DNA of 64,000 bases from Mustelus asterias. Lineage: Eukaryota. The notes beneath the pieces are model-generated. The model did no database searches and was not told where the DNA came from. It saw only the letters and a list, made by a program, of their open reading frames with translations. Where the stretch lies: NCBI RefSeq assembly GCF_964213995.1, contig NW_027590128.1:434001-498000 (forward strand). The letters are read 5' to 3'. Of the stretch, positions 26,940 to 40,420 are shown one piece after another (position 1 is the stretch's first letter; every line of letters begins with the position of its first letter). Both the position numbers and the translations under genes were made by a program.

Positions 26940-27419
26940 GGAATCCTTGATCTTCAGGCTCTTCATTTCCAAAGCCAAGGTTTTGTTTGAAGTGTCTTTG
27001 GGCGGATAAAATTAATTATGGGGAATTTCACAGTAGTTTCGTTGCAGTGTTACTGTAAGCCTGACTTGTGACTATTCAATAAATAAATATTAAAAACTTA
27101 TTAATAAATTAATTCGGAATCCCTGGGGGATATGTGTTGGAGGATGATCCAGGACTACCGTCCTGAAGAAGACACTCTAGACCCTTCCCAATAACCTGTC
27201 AGACTCAGGCCATCGAATTGCTGCCAACAGTGAACCCGCCGATTATTTAAATCAGTCTCAGGGAGTTTCCGGGACACCTTGTCGCTGCCTTTGGCTGAGT
27301 CAACACGACTCCGTCTGGCAACTGGGATTATATCAAAACCCCGAGGAATAATCCTGGTGAAATGATTACAGTCTCTGAAACATTGCAGACCAACACTGAG
27401 ACAGTAACGTGAGATCCAT
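26940..27419 (-). pseudogene. immunoglobulin heavy-chain (IgM-type) VH segment pseudogene
   Basis: Minus strand reads VVLTQPKAATRCPGNSLRLI*IIGGFTVGSNSMA*V*QVIGKGLECLL...YPPGIPN [88-bp insert] ..KDTSNKTLALEMKSLKIKDS, matching the shark VH framework pattern; CCCAG acceptor ending at 27322; putative leader from ATG 27419; YYC and RSS missing. Confidence 0.8.
27018..27105 (+). mobile_element. SINE 3'-tail fragment inserted in the VH, 9-bp TSD
   Basis: AAATTAATT at 27009-27017 and 27106-27114 flanking GGGGAATTTCACAGTA...GTAAGCCTGACTTGTGACTATTCAATAAA. Confidence 0.7.
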
Positions 27420-27569
27420 TGTAATCTCTCTGCTGAACCTAAATGCGAAATTGCATTTGAGCATCTGTTAGTTAAAAAAAAACATTCGAATTTAAGTCTC
27501 TTTATTTCTGAAGCATTTGACAAATGAATTGACATAAACAAGATTAAATTATCTTATCAGGGAAAATAC

Positions 27570-27895
27570 ATCAGTTGAAACAGTTGGAAGCTTTTTCCCA
27601 GGGCAGAAATGACAATTAACAAGGGGGCACAAGTTCAAGCTAAGGGGGGAAAGGTTCAGTGGAGCTGTGCGGGGGAAGTTTTCTTTCGCAGATAGTGGTG
27701 GGGGCCTGGAATGAACTGCTAAGTGATGTGGTTGAGGCAGACACTTTAGCAATATTGAATACTTATCTGGATTAGACATATGAACACACGGGGAATAGAG
27801 GGATACAGGCGGCTGGTCGAGATAGGACAACGCGATCAGCGCAGGGTTGGAGGGCCGAAAGGCCTGTTCTATTGCTGCACTGTTCTTTGTTCTTT
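27570..27895 (+). mobile_element. CR1 3' fragment
   Basis: AGGGGGCACAAGTTCAAG...GAGGGCCGAAAGGCCTGTT...(GTTCTTT)n tail. Confidence 0.75.
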
Positions 27896-28421
27896 GATTT
27901 GCAACAATTCCGTGTCTCTAACACATTACACAAACAAAACATAATTTATCAGATAAATTATTATAGATTCATGTGACTAGATGTGCGGATGAAAGTAAGT
28001 GATGCTATTTGCAGTGCCGATGACTATCGCTGCAATTTGGGATTGGATATAAGAAGAAACTCCTTTTATTATATAATTTTTCTCCTTATATTTCTCGAAC
28101 AGCCACTTCACCCTGTGGAAATTAGCGGTGAAATAAAGCCAGTTGACTTATAATTATATAGTGAGTTGACAGGGAAACATAAAATTGAAATCGACTTTTG
28201 ACAGAGACGTTAATGAATCGGAACGGGCACAGCGATCCGTAAAGTTCTCCTTCAGCATCCAAATCATTGCAGCTCATTTTATTGGCCACTGGCTGTCTAA
28301 CATTCACTGTATTCGGAACAAAAGATATCAGTGCTTTGTGGCATATTGCCAAATATCACGCGAATAAGTGTTTTGTCTTCCATTGAATCACGTTCTGAAC
28401 TTGTCATTTCTCCACTCATTG

Positions 28422-28479
28422 GCAGCTATGAGAGCGACGAGAGCAGCTATGAGAGCGACGAGAGCAGCTATGAGAGCGA
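28422..28479. repeat. 21-bp tandem repeat, about 2.8 copies
   Basis: GCAGCTATGAGAGCGACGAGA x2 plus a partial third copy. Confidence 0.9.
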
Positions 28480-30639
28480 TGTTCAAATCACATTGCGCTG
28501 TCGAACAGTACCCAGTGTTAAACAGGTACAAGAGACGCTGCCATTGAAATGATGTGCAGAACTCTGAGAATATCCCAGGAATCCCCGCTGTTCAAGGCAG
28601 TTTTATGGTTTTAATTTTATTTCTATTCCTTTTTTGCCACCACACTGATCTCATTAGGCTGGGGATTTGGGACCATCAACATTTCTCCCTCGCATTTTCA
28701 TGAAGTTGTTTGCAAAAAGGCTTTAATTGCTTTGACAACGGGCCATCTGGACTCGAAACATCAGCTCCTTTCTCTCCTGACAGATGTTGCCAGACCTACT
28801 GAGATTTTCCAGCATTGTCCTTTGGTTTCAGATGCCAGCATCCGCAGTAATTTGCTTTTATCCAGGCTTTAATTATTGGAATGACATTTACTTGGAAGTT
28901 GTACAAATAAAATATCATCTTGCCAATTTATATTTTCCGATAGTATTTAATCACAGAATGAACATGACATTTATTTAAAACATTTGTTTAGATGGTTGAG
29001 ATGAGAATGAAACATTTATTGTTTAAATGGCTGAATCCTATTTTGTCCATTCAGATTCGCGCTAATCTGTTCCACACAGTATTTGGCAGCAATCCAGCCT
29101 GCTGCCAAATGCCCAAAGTTGTTTACAGGAAGCATCTTGGGGTGTTGTTCAGTAAATCAAAGATGTTTTAACTCAGTACTTAAGCCAACTTCAAACTCTT
29201 CGGATTTTCAATGAGGACTCTTTATAAACAAATATAGCCTGCAATGGTACTGCAGACAATTAAATTTTCCGACGTTGTAAACCTATATGAATTATTCTCA
29301 TCTCTCAAGAAAGGAAAGTTATCCAGCTTCTCTGACACGATACTGGTACCAAAGATGAGCTATCCAACAGATCTGAACATTGCGATGGACAGACAGAAAT
29401 AAATACAGGCAGACAGTGATAGTTGACTCACAGGGAGATTACATGTTGCATACATAATTATGTATGTTTGTATTGTCTTTCCCTTTCATCTTCCATGGGC
29501 TGTGGAAAGTCTTGCAACTCCAGCATTTGTTTCCTCTCCCTAATTCCCTTGAAATGATTGGTTTTCTAGGCCGTTTCGGAAGGCATTGACGAGTCTGCCA
29601 CATTTCTGTCAGTCTGGAGAAACATCCTGGTGAGAACAGGTGGCATGGCAGATTTCCTTAATTGGTGAATCAGAGAGGTGTCCATGATCACCATTCTTCT
29701 GTATTCCAAATGTATTAATTGAATTCAAATTCAACCAGCTGCCAACGTCAGATTTAACTCGTGTCCCCATAGCATCAGCCTGGGCGTCTTGCATTAATAT
29801 TGCACCATCATCTTTCCTAAAATAAACAAATGATTGTGTTGATGCAGGAATGAATGATATTTGGATGCCTGATTATTTTGATTGAGGAACCAGTGAATGG
29901 AATGATGGATGTAACGATCGATGATTTTTAAATTTTGCTCTTCTAGACTCTCATATTTGTGTTTGACTACTTCAGAAATTGATGCAGATTTTGTATTTCA
30001 TTTGTGTCAGTCTATAACCTTCTGTCCTTCCAGCTTTTCTGGGTGAATTTCACCCCCGGGCTAACGGGAACAAACGAGCTGAACCTCTTTGAGAGGAGTC
30101 TGGAGATATTCCTGTATTTCCTCTGCTGATGATCAGTCTTCATATCCAAGATAGAAAGAGGGGACATAATTAGGTTGAGGAGGGAGGATTGTAACATTTG
30201 GAACATGTGGCCCTTTCATGTGCAACAAATTACTCAACTTATCATCATTCATATTGGGGAAGTAACAGGCTAAAAAGTTAATAATATGGGAACAGGAATA
30301 TCGTGAAAGTTACTGGACAGATGCAATTTTTTAATTGCGTTCCAAAACAATGTAACACCAAATCGGGATTTTAAGATTCCAAAACTCCACAATAGGGACA
30401 GATAGTTTCAGTTATACAGTCGCTTTAAAAAACGGATCGCACGCCCCAGTTATATATCGTGAGTTTCTGTGAGATGATGAGGTGATCACTTTTCAATGAA
30501 GTGCAGAGGCTGCTGGGTAGCTGGTCATTATCCTCGGTCTGAATTAATTTATTTTCCCATTGAATTCTGGAACATATTTGATTCACAGAAAGGCCAATGT
30601 GGTCTCAATAAGTTTGAATCTCAATTAATTATATCAAAA

Positions 30640-31600
30640 GGTGCATGGTCCACTGTTATTTGTTATTTATATTCATGGTTTGGATGAGCATTTATGGGGC
30701 ATGATTAGTAGGTTTGTCGCTGACACCAAGTATGGTGGCATAGTGGACGGTAAAGAAGGTTATCTCGGATTGCAACCGGATCTTGATCAATTGGGCCAGT
30801 GGGCCGATGAATGGCAGGTGGAGTTTCATTTAGAAAAATATGAGGTGATACATTTTGGTAGCTCGATTCGGGGCCGGTTAATGTTCAGGCGTTGGGGAGA
30901 ATTATAGAACAAATAGATCTAGGACTACAGATGTATAGCTCCTTGAAAGTGGAGTCACAAATAGACAAGGTCGTGCAAAATGCTTGGTGTCATTGGTCAG
31001 AACATTAAATACAGGAGTTGGGACCTCTTGTTGAAGTTGTACAGGACATTAGTTAGGCCACACTTGGAATACAGTGTACAGTTCTGGTCAGACTATTATA
31101 GAAATGATATTATTAAACCAGAAATAGTGCAGTAAATGTATTTACTAGGATGCAACATTGACTTCATGGTTTGAATTAGAACGAGAGGCTAGATCACCAG
31201 CACCTTTTTTCCCCTGGAGCGTCTGAGGCTAAGGGGTGATCATATAGAGGTCTATAAAATAATGAGGGGCATGGCTAAGGCAGATAGTCAACGTCATTTC
31301 CCAAAGGTAGGGGAGTCTAAAACTAGAGGGCATATGTTTAAGGTGAGAGGGGAGAAATACAAAAGTGTCCAGAGGGGCAATTCTGGTGACTGTCTGGAAC
31401 GAGCAGCTAGGGCATTAGTAGAGGCGGGTACAATTTGATATTTCAAAAAGCATCAAACTTTTGCATGTTTAAGATGAGTATAGAGGGATAGGGGCCAAAT
31501 GCGGGCAATTGGGACCGGCTTCGTGGTAAAATGTGAGCGCATGGGCAAGTTGTGGCGGAAGGCCTATTTATATGTTGTAAACCTCGATGACTCTGTAACT
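30640..31600 (+). mobile_element. CR1 LINE 3' part, decayed
   Basis: ORF 30641..30907 (GPLLFVIYI...FVADTKYGG). Confidence 0.8.
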
Positions 31601-32399
31601 CTAAATGAATTGAAATTATATTTTGTATCAAATAAAATGCTGCAAATAATTGGTGAAATTGTTTTTATCATAGTGAATTGATGATAATTTACAATAATTA
31701 TTTCTCTTTGTGAATTGATAATGATTAGTGAAAATTGCTTTTTAATCTTTTTGAATTAATAGTAATTTGTGAATATAATTATCTATCTGTGTGAATTGAT
31801 AATTGTTGGTAATATTCGCCTCAGGCAACGACCATCTCCAAAAGGAAGAAATCTTCCCATCGCCCCTTGGTACTCAATCATATTGTGAAAGCTGAAATAC
31901 CCACTAAAAACTTCCTTGGCGTTACCATTGGCTAATCATTGAATGAACAAGGAATGCAAATGCTCCGGCTGGAATATCAAATCATCCTGGTGTGAGTAAC
32001 TCACCCCCTGACTCCCCAAGCCTCTTCAACATCTATAAGGCTCAAGTCAGTAGTGTAATGGGGTTCACTCCACTTCCTTGAATGTGTGCACCTGAGGCAA
32101 CATTCAAGAAGCTTTACACAATTCAGGAGAAAGCAGCCAGCTTGACTGGCACAGCATTTGCAAACATGCACTCCCTGTCCCAGAGACGAACAATAGCAGC
32201 ATTGTGTGCCATATGCAAGATTCATTTCAAGAACTTGCCAAGGCTCCTTTGGTTGCACTTTCCAAACACACGACCGTTCCAATCTGGAGGCACAAGCGGA
32301 AGAGGACCCTGGGGAATCACCTAGAAATTCCCCTCCAAGTCATTCATGGACCTGACTTGGAAATATATCGTCCTGATCTGTGGCCTAACTCCATGTACC

Positions 32400-33290
32400 T
32401 GCCCGAGACCCATAATCCTTGCTACCTCTGCTCTATAAATTATTGCCTATCTCAGATGTAAACCTAACAATTGAACGAGCATCCAGCGCCATTTGCGGAA
32501 GAGAGATCCAAATCTCTGCCACTCTGCGTGTCGAAATGTTCTATAAAGTCGCTCCTGAACGGCTTGGCACTAATTCTCAGAACACGACCCTTTGTTCTAG
32601 AGCCTTCAACTGGTGGAAATACTTTATCCTTATTCACCCTGTCCTTCAATGTAAATATTTTTTGGGCATCTATCAGAGATCCACTCAACCTTCTGAATGC
32701 GGGAGAATAACGGCCTAATTTGTCTCATCTCTCCTCATAGCATTACCCCTGTTATCCAGCTGCCATTTCTTGTAAACCCTGCGTTGAACCCCCTCCAGAG
32801 CGACAACATCCTTCCATATGGTGCCCATGTCTGCTCACAGTACTCCAAGTGGGGTCTATCTAGGTTTTTGCACATCTGCAGCGCAACATCTGCATCCCTA
32901 AACTCCGGTCTTTTAGGCATGAAAGCCAGCATTCAGTTGACAAGCTGGACTATTTTCGGCAGCTGCTCGTGACATTTTAAGCAGGTTTGAAACCCCAAAT
33001 CTCGTTGGACATCCACTATATTTAACGTTTTGCCTTCTGATAATATCTTGATCTCTCATTTTTGATCCGAAATGGCTAACATCACACTTGTCCATGTTAA
33101 AATCAATATGCCAAACCTTTGCCCATTCGCACAATCTATCAAAATCCTTATACTGTCCTCAACAGTATCTACAAAGCTGCCCAATTTTGTCTTGTCTATA
33201 AGTTTGGATATTTGATGTTCTATGCCATTATGCAAGCCATTAATGAATCTTGTAAATAATTGAGGCATCAAGACAGATCTTTGCGGGGCA
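32400..33290 (-). mobile_element. CR1 LINE 3' part, decayed
   Basis: ORFs 32464..32688, 32735..32932 and 33056..33295. Confidence 0.75.
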
Positions 33291-34409
33291 CACACTTAAG
33301 CTGCATTATTCATCAACGTACACCTGCAATTCGTTGCACCTTAAATTTTGGCACTTCGCAAAAAAGGCGATGCGGTATTACATTTATGGGGATGCATTCT
33401 AAATACATTAATATCAAAGATCAAACCTGACAGCCGTATATTCACAGTAGTTGCAATTACAGGGCTTGGCACGCAGATGGAATTGAAAGCTTGATGGTTT
33501 GAATTACATGAAGCAGGCACTGCCTCAATAAATATTACACTGGGCCCCGGGTCTGTTCATTTTGAATTGTGCTCCATGTGTATTTATGTTATAATAGGCT
33601 CTGCCTCTGATTATATTACACGACACCCTATTTAAATTAATATTGCAACAGTACACGTCAATGTTTACATCAAATAATCACTCTGATCCGATTTTTTACA
33701 GAAGGATCGAAATTTGCAGTTTCGCCACATGCCGCCCTGAATGGTGGTGGACATTTAAACAAATAACCAGAGCAGAAGCCTCAAGTAAAAACCCAATTTT
33801 TAATGACGCGGAACCCAGTACGTCAGTGCAAACAAACAAGGCAGAAACAATTGCTCCCATCTTCAGCCTGAAGTGCTGAGAGGATGACCCATCTCGGCCT
33901 GCCCCAGAAGTCCCGAGCATCACATATACCAGTCTCCAAGCAGTTCAATTCACATTACATGATAACATAGCAACAAAAAACAGGAGTAGGTCACTCAACA
34001 CCTCGAGCCCTCTCCGCCATTCAATAAGATCCTAGCTGTTCTGCGATCTAACTCCATGCTGAATGCACTGGATGCTGCAAAGATTATAGGCACTGACAAT
34101 ATTTCAGCAAAAGTAATGACGATTTGTGCTCTGGAACTTGCTGCGCCCCAACCAAACTGTTCAACTACAGCAACAACACTGTCATATAGCCAACAGTGTG
34201 AAAAATTGGCAGACATGCCCTGTCGCAAAAGGCAGAACAAATCCAACCCAGCCAATTACCGCCGCATGAGTCCCCACTCGATCAATATGATGGAAAGTGT
34301 CAAGAATCATCCTACCAATTAGTTTTCACTCAGCAACAATCTGCTCAATGATCCTCAGTTTTGGTCCCACCAGGAGCATATTGGTTCCAGAAATGATTTA
34401 AGTTTAAAC

Positions 34410-35330
34410 TAAGCATGGATGTAAGGGAAGTTGGGGAAATACAGAGTGATGTTTTGAGGAGTATACATATTACAGAGAAGGAGGTGCTGGAAGTCTTAAA
34501 GCGCATCAAGATAGATAAATCCCCGGGACCTGATGAAGTGTATCCCAGGGCATAATGGGAGACTCGGGAGGAAATTCCGGGTCCCCTGGCAGAGATATTT
34601 GAATTATCGATAGTCACAGGCGAGGTGCCTGAAGATTGGAGAGTGGCAAATGTTATACCTTTGTTTACAAAGGGCTGCAGGGAAAAGCCAGGGAACGATA
34701 GGGCAGTGAGCCTCACATCTGTGGTGGGTAAGTTGTTGGAAGATATTTTGAGAGACAGGATCTACACGCTCTTAGAGACGCAAGGAATGATTTGGGACAG
34801 TCAGCATGGTTTTGTGAGTGGAAAATCATGTCTCACAAATTTGATTGAATTTTTCTTAACTTTGGGACTTGATGATTTGTGTTTCAAACAGAGGCTGGAT
34901 AGACTGTGACTTTTTTCTCTGGAGCGTAGGAGGCTTAGGGGTGATCTTATAGACGTCCATAAAATAATGAGGGGCATAGATCAGCTAGATAGTCAATATG
35001 TTTTGTCAAATGTGGGGGAGATTAAAACTAGAGGGCATGGGTTTAAGGTGAGAGGGGAGAGATACAAAGGTGTCCAGAGGGGCATTTGTTTTTCACACAG
35101 AGGGTGGTGAGTGTCTGTTACAAGCTGATAGAGGTAATAGTAGAGGCGGGTGCAATTTTGTCTTTTAAAAAGCATTTAGACAGTTACGTGGGTAAGATGG
35201 GTATAGAGGGCTATGGGCCAAATGCGTGCAATTGGGACTACCTAGGGGTTTAAAAAAAAGGCGGCATGGACAAGTTGGGCCGGAGGACCTGCTTTCATGC
35301 TACAAACCTCTAAAATCTCTAAATCTAGAA
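34410..35330 (+). mobile_element. internally deleted CR1 LINE
   Basis: ORF 34625..34909 (PEDWRVANV...QHGFVSGKSCLTNLIEFF) fused to the 3' end. Confidence 0.85.
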
Positions 35331-36646
35331 AGTTAGTCCAAATATCGTGAAAATCGTTGATTTAATGAGGTGAGGCGAGGATGCCTGCACTTGACATCAT
35401 CAAAGCACTTCACCGATGATGACATCAAAAAGTTCGAGCAAAACAGCAGTCTATGGGGATCCGGGGGAAAACATTCCACTGGTTGGAGTCATACCAAACA
35501 CTGAGGAAGATAGTTGTTGTTTTTGAAAACCAACCATCTCAGTCACAGGGCATTGCTGAAGGAATTCCTCAGTATTGTATCCTCGGCCTAATATTCAGCC
35601 TTAATTGCAAGGTCAGACGTGCAATGCTCACTAATCATTCCACAAACATTGCACATTTGTGACTCCTCAGATGCTGAAGCAGTCGGTCTCCATAAGCGGA
35701 AAGACTGAGAAAAAATTCAGGCTTTGGCAAGGAAGTGGAAAGTAACATTCACGCGACACAACTGGCTGGCAATTATACTCTCAGGTAAGAGAGGTGCCAA
35801 CGTTCTCCCTTTGACATTAGATGGCATTACGAGCGCTCAAACCCACACTATCATCATTCTTGGAATTACTACCGATGGAAAACAACTGGGCAGCAATGTA
35901 CATAATATTGCTAAAGAGCAGGTTAGAGGCTGGGAATTGTGTGGCGAGTCACTCACCTTCTGAATTCCCAAACACTGCATCATCTACAAGGCAAAGGTCA
36001 GGAGTGTGATTGAATATTCTCTACTTTCTTGATTCTTGCCCCTGAAGCAACACTCAAAAAGCTCAATACCACCCAGCAAAAAGCAGCCGGCTCGATGAAT
36101 TAACCCATCCACCACTTAAAACTTTCACTCCCTGCATAATAGATGCACAATGCTAGCAGTGTTCATCATAGACAATTGGTATCGAGTAACTCATTCCTTC
36201 GTTAGCACTTTCCAAACCCAGCAACTCTAACACTTGAAAGGACAAGGGCAGCAGACGCCTGTGAATACAATTACCTGCAAGTTACCATTAACACCCACGC
36301 ACCATCTTGCCTTGGAACTACACCATTTTTATTTCACTTTCATTGGATTAACATTTTGGAACTACCTTCCGATCATCACTGTGGGTATATTTACTCAGGA
36401 TGGAACAAAATGAAGAAGGCTCGCCACCATTCCCAAGTGAAATTAGGAATTGGCAAGAAATGTGGATTTTACCAGTGACACCAATATCCCATTCAATAAT
36501 TGTAAATATATCAGATCTCTGCTTATACACACCCTCCTCCCACACACACTCTGTTTATATTACACCAGGCCATGTCTCTGGTCACATTACAGCAGGCCCT
36601 GTTCCATTGTTTCTATACTCGGCTTAACATCAGTTGTTCATGTCCG

Positions 36647-36945
36647 GGGCGGTGCGGTGCCACAGTGGTCAGTACTGCTGCCTCACAGCGCCAAAGACCC
36701 GGGTTCAATTCTAGCCTCGGGTCACTGCCTCTGTGGAGTTTGCACATTCTCACCGTGTCTGCGTGGGTTTCCTCCCACAGTTCAAAAATGTGGCTTCATG
36801 TGGATTGGCCATGCTAAATTGCCCGTTAGTGTCAGGGCTGTTAAAAGGGTGAATGTGTCGGGTTACGGGGATTGGGTCTGTTGTCGGTGCAAGCTCGATT
36901 GGCTAAATGGCCTCCTTCTGCGCTATGGGGATTCTATGATTCTAT
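36647..36945 (+). mobile_element. full-length shark tRNA-derived SINE
   Basis: GGTGCCACAGTGGTCAGTACTGCTGCCTCACAGCGCC head to (GATTCTAT)n tail; similar copies at about 25945-26250, 48625-48890 (-) and 54645-54810. Confidence 0.85.
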
Positions 36946-39879
36946 CGATTATTTTATGAGGCCAAGCCCCTATTTAAGTTCATAGTTATGACTGTACCGA
37001 ACCATGTATCAAGTCATATGGCAAAAGGCCGTGTCTGAATTCTTGATGCATTGGAACATTTATGAAGTGCAGTAAACTGTAACAACATCCTGCTTGTATG
37101 ACATGTGGTTTGGTTACAGTCAGTGCTCTAATAGGTCATGAGATTCTAATAAACTTGATCCTGCTTTTGTCAATTCTGCGCCAGTCTATGTATTTGGATA
37201 TTCAGTGTGTGCCCTTCTCTGTTATTTTTGTATTATGTGATCCACCTAACTGTTGCATTGTCCATGTCTCAGTGTGTACCAGAGCGTATATGGAATGAGC
37301 TGCCAGAGGAAATGGTAAAGTCAGGTACAGTTACAAAATGTAAAATACATTTGGGCAGGTACATGGATAAGAAAGGTTTAGAGGGATATGGACCAAATGC
37401 AGGCGAATGGGACGTGTTCAGTTGAGGAAACCTAATCGGCATGGAGGAATTGCGCTGAGGGGTCGTCTTCCGTGCTGTATATCTCTATGAATTTAAGACT
37501 CTAGGGATAACTTCCTCTGTACTCTTCCTTCAGAGATTCCCAACGGAGGTTGACGTTGGTGCTAGGACAGTGTAAATCTCCCTCTGCGCTGTCCAGTCAA
37601 ACAAACCCAGATCATTTACAGCACAGTTTAGATCCAGAGGCAATCTCCTTCTACACAGTAAATAGCAAACCCTCGCAGGACAGGTCCAGTGCAGCTTAGC
37701 GTCAGCTACACATCCTATGTTCTGTCCATTCAAACATAGAAATGGCTGGCACAGCCCGGGTCAGATACAGGAAATGATCAACGCACATTTTAAAGCACAG
37801 CGTCCTCTACGGATTCAATTGACTGAACAGAATTCATTTACCAAGAAGCGCATGAATAAGGTTAAGGTGGTACATCGGCTAAAAGTTAACTTCATATTCT
37901 GGAGTGAAGACAATGACGCAGTGCGAAGACACAATGCACAGAACCAGACAGGAGGAAGACACAGAGAAACAGATAAAACACAGGAAATCTCGACAAACAT
38001 ATTTGTCGTGTGATTATAGTTCGAAATTAGCGGGAATTTTTCCTAATTCTGATCGCAGATATGATCATAGCTTATTTTTCACATATAACTGACGAAGGAA
38101 AAATGTCTCAAAAAATAAAAACTACCGGAATACGTTGATTGATTTGCACATTTATCTCTATTTCTGTGCTGTGCAAATGGCGAAATATTTGTTTTGTTTT
38201 CAGTCAACAATCTAATCTGGGATTTCTATTTCTGTATTTATTTACATAAACACCTCACTGGGTTACAGTGAAATGTTCATGGTAGCAAAACCAGATAAAC
38301 CGCCACCTATTGATTAGTTTCAACTCACAATAGCGATTTATTTTAAGAATATTCACAGGTGGTTCAAAATGATTAGAAGCTTCTTGAACACCAATTAGAC
38401 CAGATGCTATTTAATTAAAAATAAAAGATACATTCAACTTAAGAATCAGTTCAAAAAGTCCTGATAATAAATGAAGCATTTGTGAACAGGCTTGTGGGTT
38501 CCATTGAAAGTCAATTTGAATGGCGATTTAATCTACTTGAACTACACAAGTTAAAGCATCAGCCAGAGGACTGACCTTTATTCACATTAATTTCAGAGGT
38601 TTCAACATATCAAAAATTAACATTTAAAATGTTGACATGTGAAAAGAACTTCCATTTTCAAAATGCTTTACCCGACCTCATTTCGCCCGAAAGCATTTAA
38701 AACTCGCTGAGGTACATTTGCTGAATTTAGTCACAGTCGCGATGTTGGAAATACAGCAGGTAATTGGTGCACAGCAAGCTCCCACACACCTTGATGAGAT
38801 AAATGGCCAAAGAAATTGTGATTATTATTGAAGAATGCATATTGGCCGAGGATATTTTCATTCTGAGATTCATTTTGATAACATCCATACAGATTATAAT
38901 TGATAGAACAGACTGTTTGATTTCCCAAATAAAGCAATGCAATTTACATAAAGTTTACAGTGGCAATAAAAATTGATTGTAAGGGATTTCTTCTTTTAAT
39001 TGTTCACAAGGTTTCCACTTGGCCATTTTATATATCAAATAAAGTTAATTCTCAACCTATGAAATCCCTTCCTCTATCTGCCCTCAGTTGATTTTGTCTT
39101 CTGGTTTTTGAGCATCATGCTCCGATTTCACCAAGTAAAACCGTTCATTGATGGTCTGACAGTGTACTTTCTACAGGCTCTATCCTACGGGATGGATTGC
39201 AGGAAAGCAAGAATTCTGGAGTTCAAAATTCTACACGTCTCTTTAGGATTCTGGGCCACTGCAAGATCCAACAACCCAGTCATTTTCTTCAGGATTCCCC
39301 TCGGTGCGTAGAGTTCTGCTCTTTAGAATTATATCAGTGAGATTTTGCATTTTATCATCGATCTGAAATGCGAATCTGTTTCTCTCTCAGCTGATCCCCA
39401 CTGACCTGCTCAGTATCTATTTTGTTGTTTTTGTTTCAGATTTCAGGAACCTGCAGTATTTTGCTCTGTTTTATTTATTCTCGGGATGCCAGCATCACTG
39501 AAAAATTCACCATTAATTGCCCACCCTGAGAAGGTGGCTGTGAATCACCTATTGAAAACCTGCCCTGTCATCGGTTTTATTCTTGTTTGAATTTCTGCAG
39601 CAGTTTTGAAAGAATAGAATGGTTTCTTCGGTAGTTAAGAGACAATGACGTCATGTGTAACTGGAGTCATATGTAGGGCAGGCAGGGTGAATAGGAATAT
39701 AGGAACAAGGAAAGAAAGGAGCAGGACTAGGCCACTCGACCCTTCGAGCCTCCTCCGTCATTCAACATGATCATGGCTGGTCATTTATCTCTAAGGCCAC
39801 ATTCCTGATTTCTGTTCATGCCCTTTGATATCATTTAAATCTGATCAAAAATCGAGATCTTTCATGAATATATTCAGTG

Positions 39880-40420
39880 ACTTGGAAGGATGCTGATGCA
39901 TTTGAAAGTGTGCAGAAAAGAGTTACTAGGATGCTGCTTGGTTTGGAGGATATGATCTATGAAGAAATGTTGAACAAAGTTGGATTGTTTTCATTGGAGC
40001 GTCGAAGGATGGGAGGAGGAGGGAGTGGGGTGGGAGTGGGTGGGGAACTGATAGATATTTACAAGATTACGAAAGGCTTGGATAGAATGGATCGTCAGAG
40101 TCTTTTTTCCCGGGGCCGATGGGTCAATTACTCGGGACATAAGATGAGAGTGAGAGGGGGTATGTTTAAAAAAAATGAAAGGGGCAAATTTTTCACATGG
40201 AGGATGGTAAATGCTTGGAACTGTCTGCAGGAGGGGGCGGTGGAATCAGAATCTAGAACAAAAGTTGAAGAGGTACCTACAGAGATACATGAATAAGCGG
40301 GGAATAGAGGGATATAGGCCATCTAGAGGCAAGAAAATATTAGATTAGGGAGGCATTTGTGTCGGCACAAACTTAGTGGGGTGAAGGGCCTGTTCCTGTT
40401 CTGTATTGTGCTTTGTTCTT
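39880..40420 (+). mobile_element. CR1 3' fragment
   Basis: ORF 39877..40296. Confidence 0.8.

Larger units (their letters stand above)
19501..26940 (+). repeat. old segmental duplication, copy A (copy B: 29011-29810 + about 33710-39690)
   Basis: Collinear unique-sequence matches e.g. 19501 vs 29011 (AACATTTATTG..TAAATGGCT..CCACACAGTATTTGGCAGCAATCCAGC), 25240 vs 37890, 25690 vs 38390, 26320 vs 38620. Confidence 0.8.

Noticed and set aside
27155-27541. 128-aa ORF on the minus strand
   Set aside because: It is an off-frame reading of the VH pseudogene; the Ig similarity is in another, stop-containing frame.
28422-28479. CRISPR-like array
   Set aside because: Direct tandem units with no spacers, in a vertebrate genome.
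36647-36720. SINE heads as tRNA genes (also 15330-15390, 48830-48890, 50765, 54645)
   Set aside because: They continue into SINE bodies with CR1-like tails and do not form complete cloverleafs.
36450-36959. 169-aa ORF
   Set aside because: It is mostly SINE sequence.
39103-39145. GGTTTTTGA nonamer-like motif as an RSS
   Set aside because: No CAC-type heptamer at 12 or 23 nt spacing and no adjacent V or J coding sequence.
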